Part shown: positions 15,001 to 28,559 of the stretch, one piece after another
Layout of the letters: each line of letters opens with the position of its first letter
How positions within the stretch are numbered: the stretch's first letter is position 1
Assembly (NCBI GenBank): GCA_023213395.1
Contig: CM041465.1
Span: forward strand, 246,705,741 to 246,769,740
Length of the DNA stretch: 64,000 bases
Reading direction: 5' to 3'
From: Cycas panzhihuaensis
Lineage: Eukaryota > Plantae > Cycadophyta
Position numbers and translations under genes: made by a program
Notes under the pieces: model-generated
The model's input: only the letters and a program-made list of their open reading frames with translations
What the model was told of the DNA's origin: nothing
The model's database searches: none

Positions 15001-16694
15001 AAAAAAAACTTGATTAAGTCCTTTTGACACAAAGTGAGGTCAGTGTAGTCAAAAAGTGAAAAAATCACTAAGAAAAACCTTAATTTGATTTTAAAAAAGG
15101 TGATTTTAGTGATTTCAAAGTGACCTTATATGAAACCTAGGATAAATAAACTTTATCAAAAGGAAAATATTCTTAAAATTATAAGATAAAGTTTATTTGA
15201 TAAAGTTGCAAGTTTCAAATATATTGAAAATTTAGATTTCAAATGGCGGTGTGACTTGGGCGACTTCTGTGATCACGCAAGTGGTGAGATCTTCTCGTAG
15301 ACTTCACAGATCACTGTAAAAATTGAAGAGTAGGGGCACATTTATCATACGGAGCTATCTCCAGAGTTTCAGAGCATTTTGTCCATTGTACGGTGAGTAC
15401 CGTTTAAATGAAGGCTAATGTGAGGCGCATAGACTGTGGGGAGTTGAGGAGGTCGTGCGGCTGCCGTGAGACTCTGGGGGGTGACATCTAGTCACCGTTA
15501 GCACTCTGTGGGACCCATGTAGGGTTTGAGACCCTTCCAAAGAGAGTTGATCAACAAAGAAGATATGTACTGGTCTTTCAGACTTTCCCTGGTGTTTTGA
15601 GTGTACACCCAACAAAGTGAAGTCACTCAGGAATTTTTTAGAGGTTGAGAGCTTATTGAATATGTTCACAAAGCCTGCAACAAGGATCAGACATGGGGCA
15701 ACAAGTAGAAATGAGTGATTTTGTTCAAAAAAAAAATTGCTCTATCTGTAAGACCCAAAACAGTAAAAAAATCAATGTAGCCTGAGTGCAGTGACTGAAG
15801 ATCTGATTTTTAGTAAAAAACAAACACATAAAACTCCTGAGATCTACCTTGAACTACAGAACATTGATTTTTTCTAAGGAAAAGAATTAAGAAAAATCAC
15901 TATTTTTGAAGAAACAGCGAGTGTTGCACCATAGGTAAGGTCTAAAAAAATTCAGATCTGAGTAATATCCCTGCTCCAGCTTTCAACACTGCTCCAAGAA
16001 TCTTTGATCTGCAGTTGTAAGCCTAAAACACACCTTGGATCGCCTTCAGAGAGTGAAGATCGTCACCAAGGGTTTGTAGAACCCACTTTAAATCTCCTTT
16101 GAGCAAGAAAAAATCAGAACGGAGGGAACTAGTGTCCTTTAGCTCTAATACCAAATGTTGAAATGGCCAAAAGGCCTATGAAATCCAAGATCTAAGAGAT
16201 AGATTCACTCTAGTTCTAGAAAGCAAATAATTTAGATTAACAATGAAATTGAGATAAACATAAGCAAGATCAAAGCACAAAGAGTGAGAGCAAAATGATA
16301 CCAAATGTGAGGAGTTGGAAGTGGTCCAACCTCCAAATGAATAACAATTTGATTAGCAAACTGGCAGCATAACAATACAGCTCCAACTCTATATGAGAAT
16401 CATGAGAAGGGGTCTCAATATATAGAGTGAAAGAAGAGACCTAAGGCATTGGATGTTTGACAAGTGTCAAACTTCCAAGGTACATGCCTTGCATGTAGGA
16501 CATGTGTCTTTTTGGGCTCTCAAGTGAGCAAAAGTGCATGGGGGTCCATTTGACCCTTAAGTGACAATGTTGTGTCATTAGGAAAGAATGTGGGTGTGCA
16601 TTTTATCATTTAAGTGACAAGTCACCCTATAAAGTACAAATAATACATGAAAAATAAAGTACATAGGTTTAACATGTAAACATAAGGTTTAACA
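9035..16694 (-). mobile_element. Ty1/copia LTR retrotransposon (Copia-2), structurally complete
   Basis: 3' LTR 9035-9522, 5' LTR 16156-16694; TSD GTAGA at 9030-9034 and 16695-16699; PBS (rc GCTCTAATACCA) 16142-16153; PPT (poly-C on + strand) 9523-9537. Confidence 0.96.
9556..13688 (-). pseudogene. Copia-2 gag-pol, fragmented
   Basis: Gag zinc knuckle CYYCGKVGHIASDC; integrase LWHQRLGHL, IKILRSNNGGEF, PQQNGVSKRMNRTL; RT YQMDVKSTFLNG, LKKALYGLKQAPRAW; RNase H HARTKHIEVHHHF. Confidence 0.93.
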
Positions 16695-17162
16695 GTAGAT
16701 GCCTTGCATTGCCTACAAATAATTATTATGGATTAAGAAACGTGAGTAGAGAATGAACTTGCATGTATCATGCCCCTATCGATGAAGTAATTCAATTGAT
16801 ATATTCTTGTTCACCTTCTCTTTGCTTTTTCTTCTTTTTTTTTTATCCTAGAGTTTTTGTTGTATTCTACTTTGGTCTCTTCTCTCTTTTTCTCTATGAA
16901 TTAGATAATAAATTAAAAGTGTTCAAAATTGGATAATGATATTCAACATACACAATGGAGTGGACCTTGAAAAAAAAAACTTCAAAGTACCTCAACTGAG
17001 CCTCAAAGTGTCTAACCCCTTTCATTAAACTTGAATCATATTTATACACATAAAATTGGTTAAAAGGTGGGCATGTTAGTTTCTTGTTGAATAAGGGACC
17101 ACTACCCATGACCCCTTAGCCCACTAGTCATATCAAGGGCTAACCTAAAGAGCTTAAAAGCA

Positions 17163-17484
17163 TGTTAGAACAATGAAAAATATTGTAAAAATGGCCCTTA
17201 AGGTTTAGTACAAGGGAAACGAGGGCATCAAAGCTTATATACATGTATATATTTCTATTTGAAAGTAGGTGTAAAGCCTTTATTTATAAGAATTTACATC
17301 ATATGGGGCATGAAGCCTATTAAAATAACTATGCATATATAACATACTTCACTTCTTGTTAATGCAACACATCTAGCTAAGCGAGTTGTTAGTGCATCCT
17401 CCTCACCATGTGTCTCTTCCATGGGTCCATGAGGCCTCAATGTTCTGGTTAACGTGATATTTAGCATGATCAACCTCTTCAACA
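17163..17484 (-). mobile_element. Probable 3' LTR of a truncated minus-strand LTR element
   Basis: TGTT..AACA termini, internal TATTTATAAG, purine tract (rc CCCATTCCTTCTTTC) directly adjacent at 17485; no partner LTR found. Confidence 0.45.
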
Positions 17485-17729
17485 CCCATTCCTTCTTTCA
17501 TTTGTGATGGAGAGTAGCACCTTGAAGTTGTTTTGGTTATGCTTTTGCCTCATGGCTATTGGGTCAAAATAATTTTTAATTGGTAGCTGCACCTTGGGAT
17601 CCTTAGCATTGGGTTTGTTTCGTTGTAGCCTAGGAAGGTCAAATGGAGTCACGGGCTTGGGCACTACAAGTAGTGGGTCATGAAATTTTTACATAGGTTT
17701 TGGAGCTCTATCATTTTGCTTACTAGATG

Positions 17730-18890
17730 CCCTGTCATCATTTGCCAAACTTTATGTAGGCTTGCCTTGCATTTTTGGCTAGAGATTTGGCCCTGTTTTA
17801 TGAAGGTTTGGGCTTAGAATTTTTTTTGGGAATTTTTTGTTATGGATGTTAATACACTTGTTTTCATGTTCCACTATAGGCTCTTAGCCCTTGGTTTTTG
17901 TCTGAGTGCTCAATTTCATCTCAACTAGAATGAGTAGGCCATCACGAATGCAATGGTCCTTAGAATGGCATTGAACACATGATGTCATGAGCATATCACA
18001 ATAGAAGTTAGCCAAGAATGATAATAATGGAAGAGAAGCACACATATAAATAAGGGATCTAGTATTAGTGACGGATGAGTATTCAAATCGTATTTTATTT
18101 TGTTATATTGAATGAGGCATCACCTTTGATCTTCTCTTAGAATTCATTATTATTATTTAGTCTTATTGGTAATTTTGGTAGTGTTGAGTTCTACAAGTGG
18201 CATTAGAGCATAGTTTGTCTGGATGTTTTGTAAGTTTCGCCTTCAACTTTTGTTGCCTAATTTGTCTCTTAATTATTCACTGCAGTTTCATTCATGATTG
18301 CCACCCTAACATCATTTGCTAAACTTGATGTAGGATTGCTCTGAATTTTTGGCTAAAGGTTTGGCCCAATTTTATGGAGGCTTGGGTTTAGCATTTTTAT
18401 TAGGTGGTTTTTTGTTGTGGATGTTAATCTATTTGTTTTCATGTTCCACTGTAGGCTCTTAGGTCTTGCTTTTTGTTGGATGCTCAGTTTTGTCTTATCT
18501 ATTGTAAGCAGTCAATCATGAATGTGATGGTCCTTAGAATGGCATTGGAAGCATGATGTTGTGATTATTTCACAATAGAGGTTAGCCAAGAAGGATAATA
18601 ATAGAAGAACACACATACAAATAGGGGCTCTATTATTAGTGAGGGATGAGAATTCAAATTGTCTTTTGTCTTGTTATGTTGGTTAATGCATCACCTTTGA
18701 TCTTCTCTTGGAATTAATTATTATTATTCTTGGCTTTTATTTAGTCTTCTTGTTAATTCAAGTAGCACATGAGTTGTACAAGAGGCATTAGAGCATAGTC
18801 TACCTTAGTGTTTTGTAAACTTTGCCTTAATTGTTTTTTCCTAATTTGTCTTTGGATTATTCACTCCAATCTCATATATGATTGCCATTG
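17730..18890 (+). repeat. ~580-bp diverged tandem duplication containing an LTR end and PBS-like motif
   Basis: CATCATTTGC(C/T)AAACTT at 17736 and 18310; ...TACA followed by (T/A)GGCATTAGAGC at 18198 and 18783. Confidence 0.8.
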
Positions 18891-21030
18891 CTACTAATGC
18901 TATTTTGCATGCTCTTTTTCACTATTATGTTTGTGTCTATTGGTCTTTGGTTTATTGCTTTCTAGAAAGGGATTCAATTTGCTTTTGCTATCAATGTGAT
19001 TTGGTAAGCTTTCTAAGACAAGCAACTTGAAAAGTTTGATTGATATTTCGTAAGGGCAGGTTCCACTTTCACTATTTGCAAGTAGTGTTATTTCCTCTTG
19101 TGCCTCTCTACCCATATATTCACTAAAAACATGTTCCTCTTATGCAACAACTACTACCAAATTTCCATCAAAAGTAGGAGATAGACAAGTGGAAGCAATG
19201 TCTCATCATGTCGTAAACCCATCTAGCATTTAATGGCAATAATGTAGCAAAGGTGAGGTTGCTTATGCTTTGGAGCCATTAAGGAAATATACAAATAAAT
19301 TCAACCCAAACGAATATTTTAATTGAATATTTGCACAAGAATATTGTCACTAGAATATTTCTATTAAAACATTGTTAAAAAATTAATAGCAATTTAAATA
19401 AGTAAATAAGCAGTTTAGTCAATCTTTTTTCGAAATTCTTTTACTTCTTCATGCCACTTCTCATTAAACAAAAATTATTTGCTTTCAAATTTTAAAATTA
19501 GTATAATAATTTCTTTGCTTTCAAGTCATAGAATAATAGCTATCTTAGCACCATCTTTAGAGTTACAATTAATTTGCCTTCTCAATCACTACTATCCATA
19601 ATTTCCCCCAAGTTTCATTAACTATTTATCCTAAACCCAAACCATTGCACTAGTGCCATTTTTGAATCATCCCACCATTTTTCTAAATTGTTCTTGAATT
19701 GCCCTACTCCATCATATTCCCTAAGCTATTTTGCACATGTTCCTCTCACCATTCCATTTCTCCCACCTTTTTGTCCCCTCAACCATTTTGTTTACCACTC
19801 TAGTAGGAATGGTAGTAATTGCCAAACTCCCACTAGAATATATCAACCAAAAATTTTCAAAGAATGGAAGATACCATGAAGTGACAGTATGCCACGCACA
19901 GACATCCAAATGATGAATGAAAAAATGGAGAGGTTGGAGAAAGAGTAACAAAATTTGCTATATGGAATTACTAAATTAAATAATTCCTACAATAGCTGTT
20001 AATTTAAGCCAAGGAGAAAGCCCTAGTTTGAGTCAAAGCTAGTTGAACAAGTTGACTTAGTAGTTGCTAAGGTAAGTCTAAAAGAGACTTGAGTTTGGTT
20101 TGTTATTAGGAGCATAAGATTTAGAATTAGAAGTTGCAAATGATAGTAAAATACTTGTTGGCAAACCAACGATAATACAAGCCTAATAATACTAGTTAGC
20201 AAATCATAACACATCCTCTAATAATTGGACATCCTCTAATAATTGGACTCAAGACTACAAGATAGCCTTAAGGGAGCCAGACCTAGAAGAAGAAGAAAGA
20301 TCTAGAATGGGGTTCTTAAGGGATATCAAATAGCCATCAAGATTAGTCATAATAAGGTTGCAAATACAAGGGTCCAATACAAGTAGAACAAAGAAAAATT
20401 TGTCTTATTATAGTTGACACAAGCAAATGATCCAAGTATGTTTATTGGAATGACAAGGCATTGCCCTTGGTATAACAAAGACCATGATTCAAGATGATTT
20501 ATGTGTATCCTTCACAATGCAAAGCTTTTAAAGAAGAGAGGGTATGTTGTGATCCTTTCACAACAAAAGTGGACCAACAAGGATAATAGTGGAACATATT
20601 CAAAAAGACCACTCTCTCCTTAAAAGCTTGGTCAAATCTAGCACAAACATGGATGAGACAAATTCACCCAATGGCTTGATGAATTCTTTCCCAAAGGTCC
20701 ATACATACATGGGGAGACCAAGAAACTCTATCTAAATCCATCATTTAAATGCAACCACATTAACAATAGATAAGTTAGACTCCCCTCAATCTAATATAGT
20801 TAGGTTTTGCCCACATATTTGTGGGCCCCCATTTGAGGACCTATTCAAGCAATTTTGGAGACTCAAGAATGAAAAAGCAAAAACGCTAGGAAAGGTTCTT
20901 GAATGAGCTCACCTTCCATTGGAAAACTTGAAGTCACTTGTGCACCCACTGCTTGATTGTAGTTTCTGATGGATGATGACCAATAAAATATGCAATGAGC
21001 ATATGTGAAAGCACATCACACACGACATTT

Positions 21031-21125
21031 ATAACAACTCTTTGACCTAAGCATACTACAAGTGTAGAATCTTACATTTGTAACTACTTGTTGACCTAAG
21101 CATACTACAAGTATAGAATTTGACT
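21031..21125. repeat. ~50-bp tandem duplication
   Basis: TTGACCTAAGCATACTACAAGT(G/A)TAGAAT occurs twice. Confidence 0.8.
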
Positions 21126-21853
21126 CATTGCATTGAACATCTTAGGTATAAATTTCTTGGGTTGTTTGGGCACTATCTTTTCTGTGTAAGAGTACTAGTT
21201 GTCAGTCTCCAAAGGTTTCACTAGGATTTGATAATATTTTAGAATACAAGGGTGGGACATTGTTTGAGGTGGCTATAAGTGCCAAAAAATCCTCTATCCT
21301 CCATTATGCAACTATAATGGTAGGTCTCACTTACTAGATACCATAGACTTTAGTTAGAGGCCAATGGATATGCAATCATGAAAAGGCTAATTTTGTGGTG
21401 GCTCTATAATTGCCATGAGTGCCCTAACTCTCCCTAATTAGCTTCCTTAGATAATAGGCCCCTTTTTAATAGTTTGATGATTCTTCTCTTTGTAATAATG
21501 TCACTGGGGTTTATTTCTTTATTTAGAGGAGGATGCTATGCGTGGAAATGTAATTTGTTTGGGGGAGGGTTATATTGAGGGTCATACTCTAGGGTTAAGG
21601 CCCATTTGCTTTATAAATTAAGTAAAGGGAGTTGTTGGATTCCCTCATGCATGTTTCATATTTCTTCACGCTTGATACGTGCTAAAGGTAGTCTTGTATG
21701 TGTCCTCAAGCCTCATCTTGATTTGGTGGTATCTATATCGTAAGTTGATTTTTGTAAAAATACTTTGCTCTATGTAGTTCATCTAGTAACTCATTGATCT
21801 TGGGTATTGATTTTTTTTATTGTGACCTTATTTAGAGCATAATAATCCACCTA

Positions 21854-22119
21854 CACATGGAAGGATCCTTCCTTTTTCTTGACCAAGACTATTGGAGTTG
21901 TAAATGGATTGTTGCTAGGAACTATTGCTCCTGTTCTAGTAGTTCATGCATAATCTTTTCAATCCCATTGTCATTAGGCCATATAGACAACCCCACACAC
22001 ACATATGAAAGGGTCCTTCCTTTTTATTGACTAGGATTATTGGAGTTGCAAATGGGTTGTTGCTAGGAACCATTGCTCTTAATTCCAATACTTCCTGCAC
22101 AATCTTTTCAATCTCATTT
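21854..22119. repeat. ~150-bp-period diverged tandem duplication
   Basis: TCCTTCCTTTTT..ATTGGAGTTG..TTGTTGCTAGGAAC..AATCTTTTCAATC occurs twice. Confidence 0.8.
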
Positions 22120-23830
22120 TGGTAATTGAGGAGTTGTTTATTCTAATTTATATTATTCTTATGATTTACTTTGTCCATCTTATGATTTTATGGCTGTGGA
22201 CGTGTGTATAAGGCATTGATGACAGATGATAAGCACCCCTGACTATACAATAAGTTGTTGCCCCTCTTCAGCATGTTGCTAGGGATGTGCATCACTCTAA
22301 ATCACCACGCTTGATGAGTACATAGTGATAACGATCCCGATTGCTACAAATTATGTTCACCATGAGTGTTACTATTGCTATGAACTTTGTCACTCCTGTA
22401 GCACAATGACAACAATCATGACTCTTATTGTTGGCGAATATGCAATGATAATGATCCTAATGCTTACCAATAAACTCTAATCATGATGATTGCTATTGTT
22501 ACAAACTCCAACAAATTCTATGCCTCATAGGCATGCCATGGGTGGATGCATTCCTTGAGTCCACTTAGGATATAGAAGTGAAAAGAAGGGTAGAAAAGGA
22601 GATGACAAAATTTTTGAAGTGGTTACAACAAACGCCAAGCACTCCAATCCAATACTGCTCCAAGTTGATGGTCAAGAAAAACACCAAACAGAGATAGGAG
22701 GAAAGAGGAAGAAGTAGAAAACGTACCCTCACTAAAGGTGGGCCTCCACTTAGGAAGAATTCTCTCCTACCATGGAACTAGGAGAAACATCCTCCCAACT
22801 AGCACCAATAGAAGGAAAGGGACAACAAATCATTCAGATTGTGGAGGAAATGGAAGCAAGCTATAGGGTGGAAATTATTGCTTTACAAGAAAAACTAAAA
22901 GAAAAGGATGCAATCATAGCCACCCTCACTCATAGTAAAGAAGATATATTGAAGGTCAACGAAGCTTCATTGGATCCGAGGCAACAGGGGCAGCCTTGAA
23001 ACAGAAGTGGGGGAGAAAACATAATAACTTTTTTTTTGGGAAATTTTGAATTGAGCAAGGATGTTCAACCCTTTTTGTTGACCTAGGATAGATGTTGGAG
23101 CAAAATTTGTTACTTATGTTGTTTGGACCATGGAAAAGTAGGAATGTATGATTATTTTGACACGAGGAATGCAAGAACGCACTATTAAAGGACTGCACAT
23201 GAGAACACATGCCAGAAAACAATGAAGAAAGTCAAGAAACAACTCTCGAAGAATGCATATCAAGATACATTCTTGAAAGGAACGCATGCAAATTGGGACA
23301 CATGCAAAATGCACGCCCAAAATTGAGTCGTACGTTCCAGACATGATGACATCACTTGTGGGCATACATACATATGGTTGTATGGATAGAATATATGGTA
23401 ATTAAATGATTGTAATGCAAAATTAAGTGAAAAAGTACTTTTGTTATGAAAATGAATGCTTGTGGCCATAAGTCAACCATTCCTCCAAAAGGCATGTAAA
23501 TTGGTATTTATTGGGGCTTGTTCCACCATTTTGGTGTGAGAGTCAAGTTACTTGTTCTAATGATAGATTTCCAAGTGTGGTGGGATGCATGTAGCAAGAT
23601 GCATCCATTTTCAATGATGTAAGGACATTAATAGTGATATTGCTTAATATAATAACGAGTTACATGGAATACTGGGTATGTTGTGCATAATGGTTATTTC
23701 ATAGTGAATGTATGTTTTATTATTGATTGATATATAGCATAATGATGATGTTATGATGTTTTATGGTTATAATAACTGTATGAGCAAGTGATAACATGAC
23801 TATGTTAATGAAGTCTAATGACACTATCGA

Positions 23831-24097
23831 TTAGTGGACCCCTTGACAAGTGTATCTCATAAGGGTAGTGAGATTTAAAGTCAACAGCTTCTCCAGTTCA
23901 CAAAGTAGGCCTTTTAGTTTCACACTTGCTAGTTGCGAATTCCTTCCTGCCACATTGATTGCCAATAGTGACTCTCCAATTACTTGCACATGGTTTGCCT
24001 TGAGGTCGACCACAACTTTCAATCCCCTAATGATGCCCCAAAATTTTGCCTTGTTGTTAGAGCATATCCCCAAGTTTTCAATACACTGAGTTGTAAT
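23831..24097 (-). pseudogene. Retroelement RNase H (RVT_3/archaeal-type) fragment, cut by the Copia-3 LTR
   Basis: SNNKAKFWGIIRGLK..VQVIGESLLAIN resembles the TNNEAEY.ALI.GL..V.GDS.LVIN motif; the ORF's N-terminal part is LTR sequence. Confidence 0.7.
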
Positions 24098-25502
24098 TGA
24101 AATTTGATATAGGATCAAATGGAACCAAATAAAAGATAGTGACATATGTTTTAGGTAGAATTAATCTATCTTCAAAATTTAATCTTCATTCATTAAGAAT
24201 GATTATCCATCATATAATTGACAATCCTATACACATACAAGTAGGATTAATAATGGTCCAAATACAACTCATAGTTGCCTAAACATGTGTCACAAGTCTA
24301 GTAAGGACTTTTGTCACAAGTCAAATTAATGATGGTTTAATGACTCACCAACCCATAATTTGACCTATGTAAAGATTAATTCTAACACTCTACCTTAATG
24401 TTTACATCATTGATTTTAATGCCCATAAAAGATCTAAAATTGTCAAATTTGTTTTTAGCTAATGGTTTGGTAAAGATATCTACTAGTTGCTCTTTAGTCA
24501 GTTTGTATACAAGTTGGACCTCTTTATTCTATATTTGTTCTCGGGTGAAATGATGATGCATCTCGATATGTTTGGTGCGAACATGGAACACTAAATTGTT
24601 TGCAATATTTGAAGTACTTTGACAATATTTAAAGTACTTTGATTATCACAGTACAATGTAGTTGCCTCATTTTGATGAAGTTCCAAATCACCAAGGACTT
24701 GTCTCAATTAGATGGCTTCATAATTTGTTGCAACAACAACTTTGTATTTCGTTTCAATAAAAAACAATACAACATTAGGTTACTTTTTGTTATTCCAAGT
24801 GACAACAACAAAATTTAAACTAAAGCAATATTCTAAAGTGGACCTTTTGCTATTAACACATCCAACTCAATTAGAATTTGAATATCCTTCTAGTTAGAAA
24901 TTGTTGTTTTGGTTAAATTCGATCTATAATGTAATATTCCTTGCAAACATCTTAGGTTCCTTTTTGTAGCTTTCCAATGGCTTTGCTTTGGTTCTGCAAT
25001 GAACTTGCCATCTACATAATCTTTGTCGTCTAGAGCTATCAATTTCAAACTTGTCTCCATGAGAGTTGGTGTAGGTTTACAATTGTCCATTTTGAATTTT
25101 CTTAGAATTTTCCATGCATATTTAGCCTCTATGAAATGAAAAATTTTCTAAGCTTCTCTCACATATCCACTTTTGAAAAGTAGTGGAGTAATCAAAGATT
25201 TGTCATCTCAAATGTCTTCTTGAGATCATTCTTCAGGTTTTTAACCTTTGTGGTATTGTTACCTATAATCACAAGATCATTTACATACAACACTGCAAAA
25301 ATGATTGAATTTTTTTCAACCTTGACATACAGGTTTTGATTAATTGGTGATCTTTCAAACCCGTTATTCAGGAAGCAGTAATCAATTTTGTAGTACCAGG
25401 CCTTTGGAGTTTGCTTTAGGCCATACAAATCCTTCTTTAGGTGACATACCATATGTTCCTTGCTCTTTGCAATATATTTAAGTGGTTGTTCAATGTAGAC
25501 TT

Positions 25503-25925
25503 TCTCTTCAAGATCTCCATTAAGAAAGACACCTTTGACATCAAGTTGGTGTAATTGCCATTTCAATCGAGCAATTAATGCCAACATCAATTTAATCATC
25601 ACCATCTTGGCTACTTGAGTGGATGTCTTTTGGTAATTAATCTCTTTTGTCTGCTCGAACCTTTTAGCAATTGGTAGATCAACTAAGTCCCAAGTCTCAT
25701 TATATGCTCTACATTCCTCTTCAAGATCTCCATTAAGGAAGGCACTTTTGACATCAAGCTGGTGTAATTGCCATTTCAATTGAGCAACTAATGCCAACAT
25801 CAATTTAATCATCACCATCTTGGATACTTGAGTGGATGTCTTTTGGTAATTAATCTCTTTTGTCTACTTGAACCCTTTAACAATTGGTAGATCAACTAAG
25901 TCCCAAGTCTCATTATATGCTCCAC
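25503..25925 (-). repeat. 213-bp in-frame tandem duplication inside Copia-3 RT
   Basis: MVMIKLMLAL..HQLDVK repeats with a 71-aa period in ORF 25192-25818. Confidence 0.9.
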
Positions 25926-27368
25926 AACACGGATTTCAACACCTATTGTCGTTCTCCACTTCTGTTTTTGGCTAGCCTCCTCAAAATTTGAAGGCTCTTT
26001 AGCATTTAGCACATCTTCCATCAAAGCAAAATTGACTATATTTGGTCTCATCCTTGATTTATATTTTCTTTTAGTCTTGGGCAATTGAGCTTCTACAATG
26101 GTCTTCAAGTACTATTTGGGGAGTTTCTTGGCAAATGAAGCGACTTTAAGATGAGCTTCAAGTTGTGACTTTTGAGTGTCTTCATGCTTCTCCTCCTCAC
26201 CTTCCTCTTCATCTTCTTGCTTTTGGCTCAATTTTAGGTTCAACAAATTATTGCCTTGAAGAATTATATTTTGGTTGTTATTCGATCTGTTTCCCTTTGT
26301 TTTGCCAAATCGATCTGAATCATGTTTTTCAACTTCTTCGAAGATGACGTCCTAAGTTATGTGTGCCTTTCTATTTGCCAACTCATAGGTCCAATACACT
26401 TTGCTTTCTTCATTGTATCCCACAAGGATGCACTTGGAACTTTTATCATCAAACTTAAGGTGCTTCTCCTTTGGAACATGCATGTATGTTGTGTTTCCAA
26501 AGGTTCTTATATGGCTCCCTATAGGTTCTCTTTTTGATCATGTTTCTTTAGGCATCATATTCCAAATAACTTCTATATCACTCTTGTTCGTTTAGTACAA
26601 TGTTGTACAAATGGCTTCAACCCAAAAATTTCTGAGAGATTCTTTGCTTTCATCATTGACTTGGTCTTGTCTTATTCATTTTCTCAGCTACATCGTTTTG
26701 CTATGGTGTGTACATTATCGTTAAGTGTTTCTTAATTCCATGGTCTGCCCCATTATTTGATCTAAGTATCATCACCCTTTGACCATTTTCATTTTCCACT
26801 TTTGCCTTAAACTCCTTGAAGATGTCAAATGCCTTACTTCTCTATAGGATACACCCAAACCTTCCTTGAAAAATCATCAATGAAGGTCAAGAAACATCTT
26901 GCACCTTTGAGTGAAATGGTTGGCACAGGACCGCAAATATTATCTTAGTGGATTAGGTTTAGCTTTTTGGTTGCTTTTTAAGCTTTGCCTTTTGGAAGTT
27001 TCTCTTTATGCACACGTTGAATCTGATGCATGGTTTCCCAAAATTTAAAACAAAAAATGGCATCTATGAACCTTAAATTTTTGGAAAGCAACATGCCCCA
27101 TTCTCTTATGCCACAATTGAATTTTACTTGACACATTAGCCTTTTGGTCTACAAATTTACCTTTGAGCCTATAAAGACCACCTTCCCTTACACTTTCTAC
27201 AACGATTTTCCTTTCATGCGGTGGCCTTCCCTTCTTTAAAGAGAACACTTATGTTGTTATCTTCAATTTGATTGATTGAAACAAGTTTTGGAATCTTTAT
27301 TCCAGTGGTGACCAATAACATAGTTAAATACACTACGATCACAAAAGTTCTAACTAATGCACTACATG

Positions 27369-27729
27369 TTTGCTTAGGCCCTATTTTATTAGTTTGAACC
27401 TATTGCTATAATAGCTTGAGCTATTGATTAGGTGAGCTAGTGGGCTTGTTGGCCTTTATGCAGTTTGTATGTGTTTTTGAATCCGTCATAAATTGCTTGC
27501 CTATTGTATTGATGAGGTTGGGCCAACACATCACATCATTGATGCATGACAAGTTTGCTTAGGCCCTATTTTATTAGTTTGAACTTATTGCTATAGTAAC
27601 TTGAGTTGTTGATCGGGTAAGTTAGTGGGCTTGTCAACCTTTATGCTGTTTGTATGTGTTTTTGAATCCATCATAAATTACTTGCCTATCGTATTGATGA
27701 GGTGGGGCCAATACATCACATCATTGATG
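27369..27729. repeat. ~185-bp tandem duplication within a non-pol insert in Copia-3
   Basis: TTTGCTTAGGCCCTATTTTATTAGTTTGAAC..CATCACATCATTGATG at 27369 and 27554. Confidence 0.9.
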
Positions 27730-28559
27730 TGGGTAATCCTCTCCATCAGGGGTGATTAATAGAACTTTCCCTACTCCTTCAACATTTAACAATTTGTTGT
27801 CTCTCAAGGTCATTGTATACCCAATTACTTCCCACATGTCTAAACTAGTCAAATCTATTGGTTGTGTGCTTTGAAGCTGTTGAGCCTATGTACCAAACAT
27901 CATTTGATTTGGATTTTGCCTGTGAAATTGCCATGTTCTATTGATTACATTGGTTATGTTGATTGGTTTTTTATTGATCAGCCTACAACAAGTTACAATT
28001 CTTCTTAGAATGTCCCAATTTGTTGCAGTGAAAACATATCTTCTAACATAGTTTGTTTGTGCAAGGATTAAACACATTTTCATCCATTTTAATGTGAAAA
28101 ATTTTAAAAAATTATACACATGAAGACACAAAAACAAGCTCTAAATAGCCTTAATACAACACACTTTATTTGGTTGATTTTTATATTTTAGGAGCTCTCA
28201 TTCACTTCTTAAAGTGCTGAGAAAACAAAATATTATGCAGTCACCACATCGGGAGATAGAAAATCACCATGCAACCTGGCTCAATTGAAAGAACATGTAA
28301 AAATGCTATACAAATGTGCTTTTAAATTTTGCATCAAACTTCTCAATAACCCAAAAATTCCTTAGCCACCCTGTGTAAGCCTTATGACGGAGGCCTCACT
28401 CAACAAAGGTACTTTTGGGTGGACTTCGAACACCAATTAAATTTTTTTTAATGTAAGGTAATTACAAAGACAATTAAAATTTAATCCTAAGTCTTAATTT
28501 TGAATATCCCACCAAATTGCTACACCTTTGTCTATATCTCTGACTAATTTCGTTTTTTT

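Larger units (their letters stand above)
24098..28430 (-). mobile_element. Ty1/copia element (Copia-3): 3' LTR plus decayed pol/gag, 5' end unresolved
   Basis: 3' LTR 24098-24387 with PPT at 24388; RT HQLDVKSAFLNG, LYGLKQTPKAW, LYVNDL; integrase LWHKRMGH; protease-like WYIGSTASKH near 27880; 5' boundary approximate. Confidence 0.85.

Noticed and set aside
18900-23440. Decayed gypsy-like gag region including coiled-coil ORF 22772-22999
   Set aside because: Probably TE-derived, but no boundaries, LTR pair or firm motif could be established
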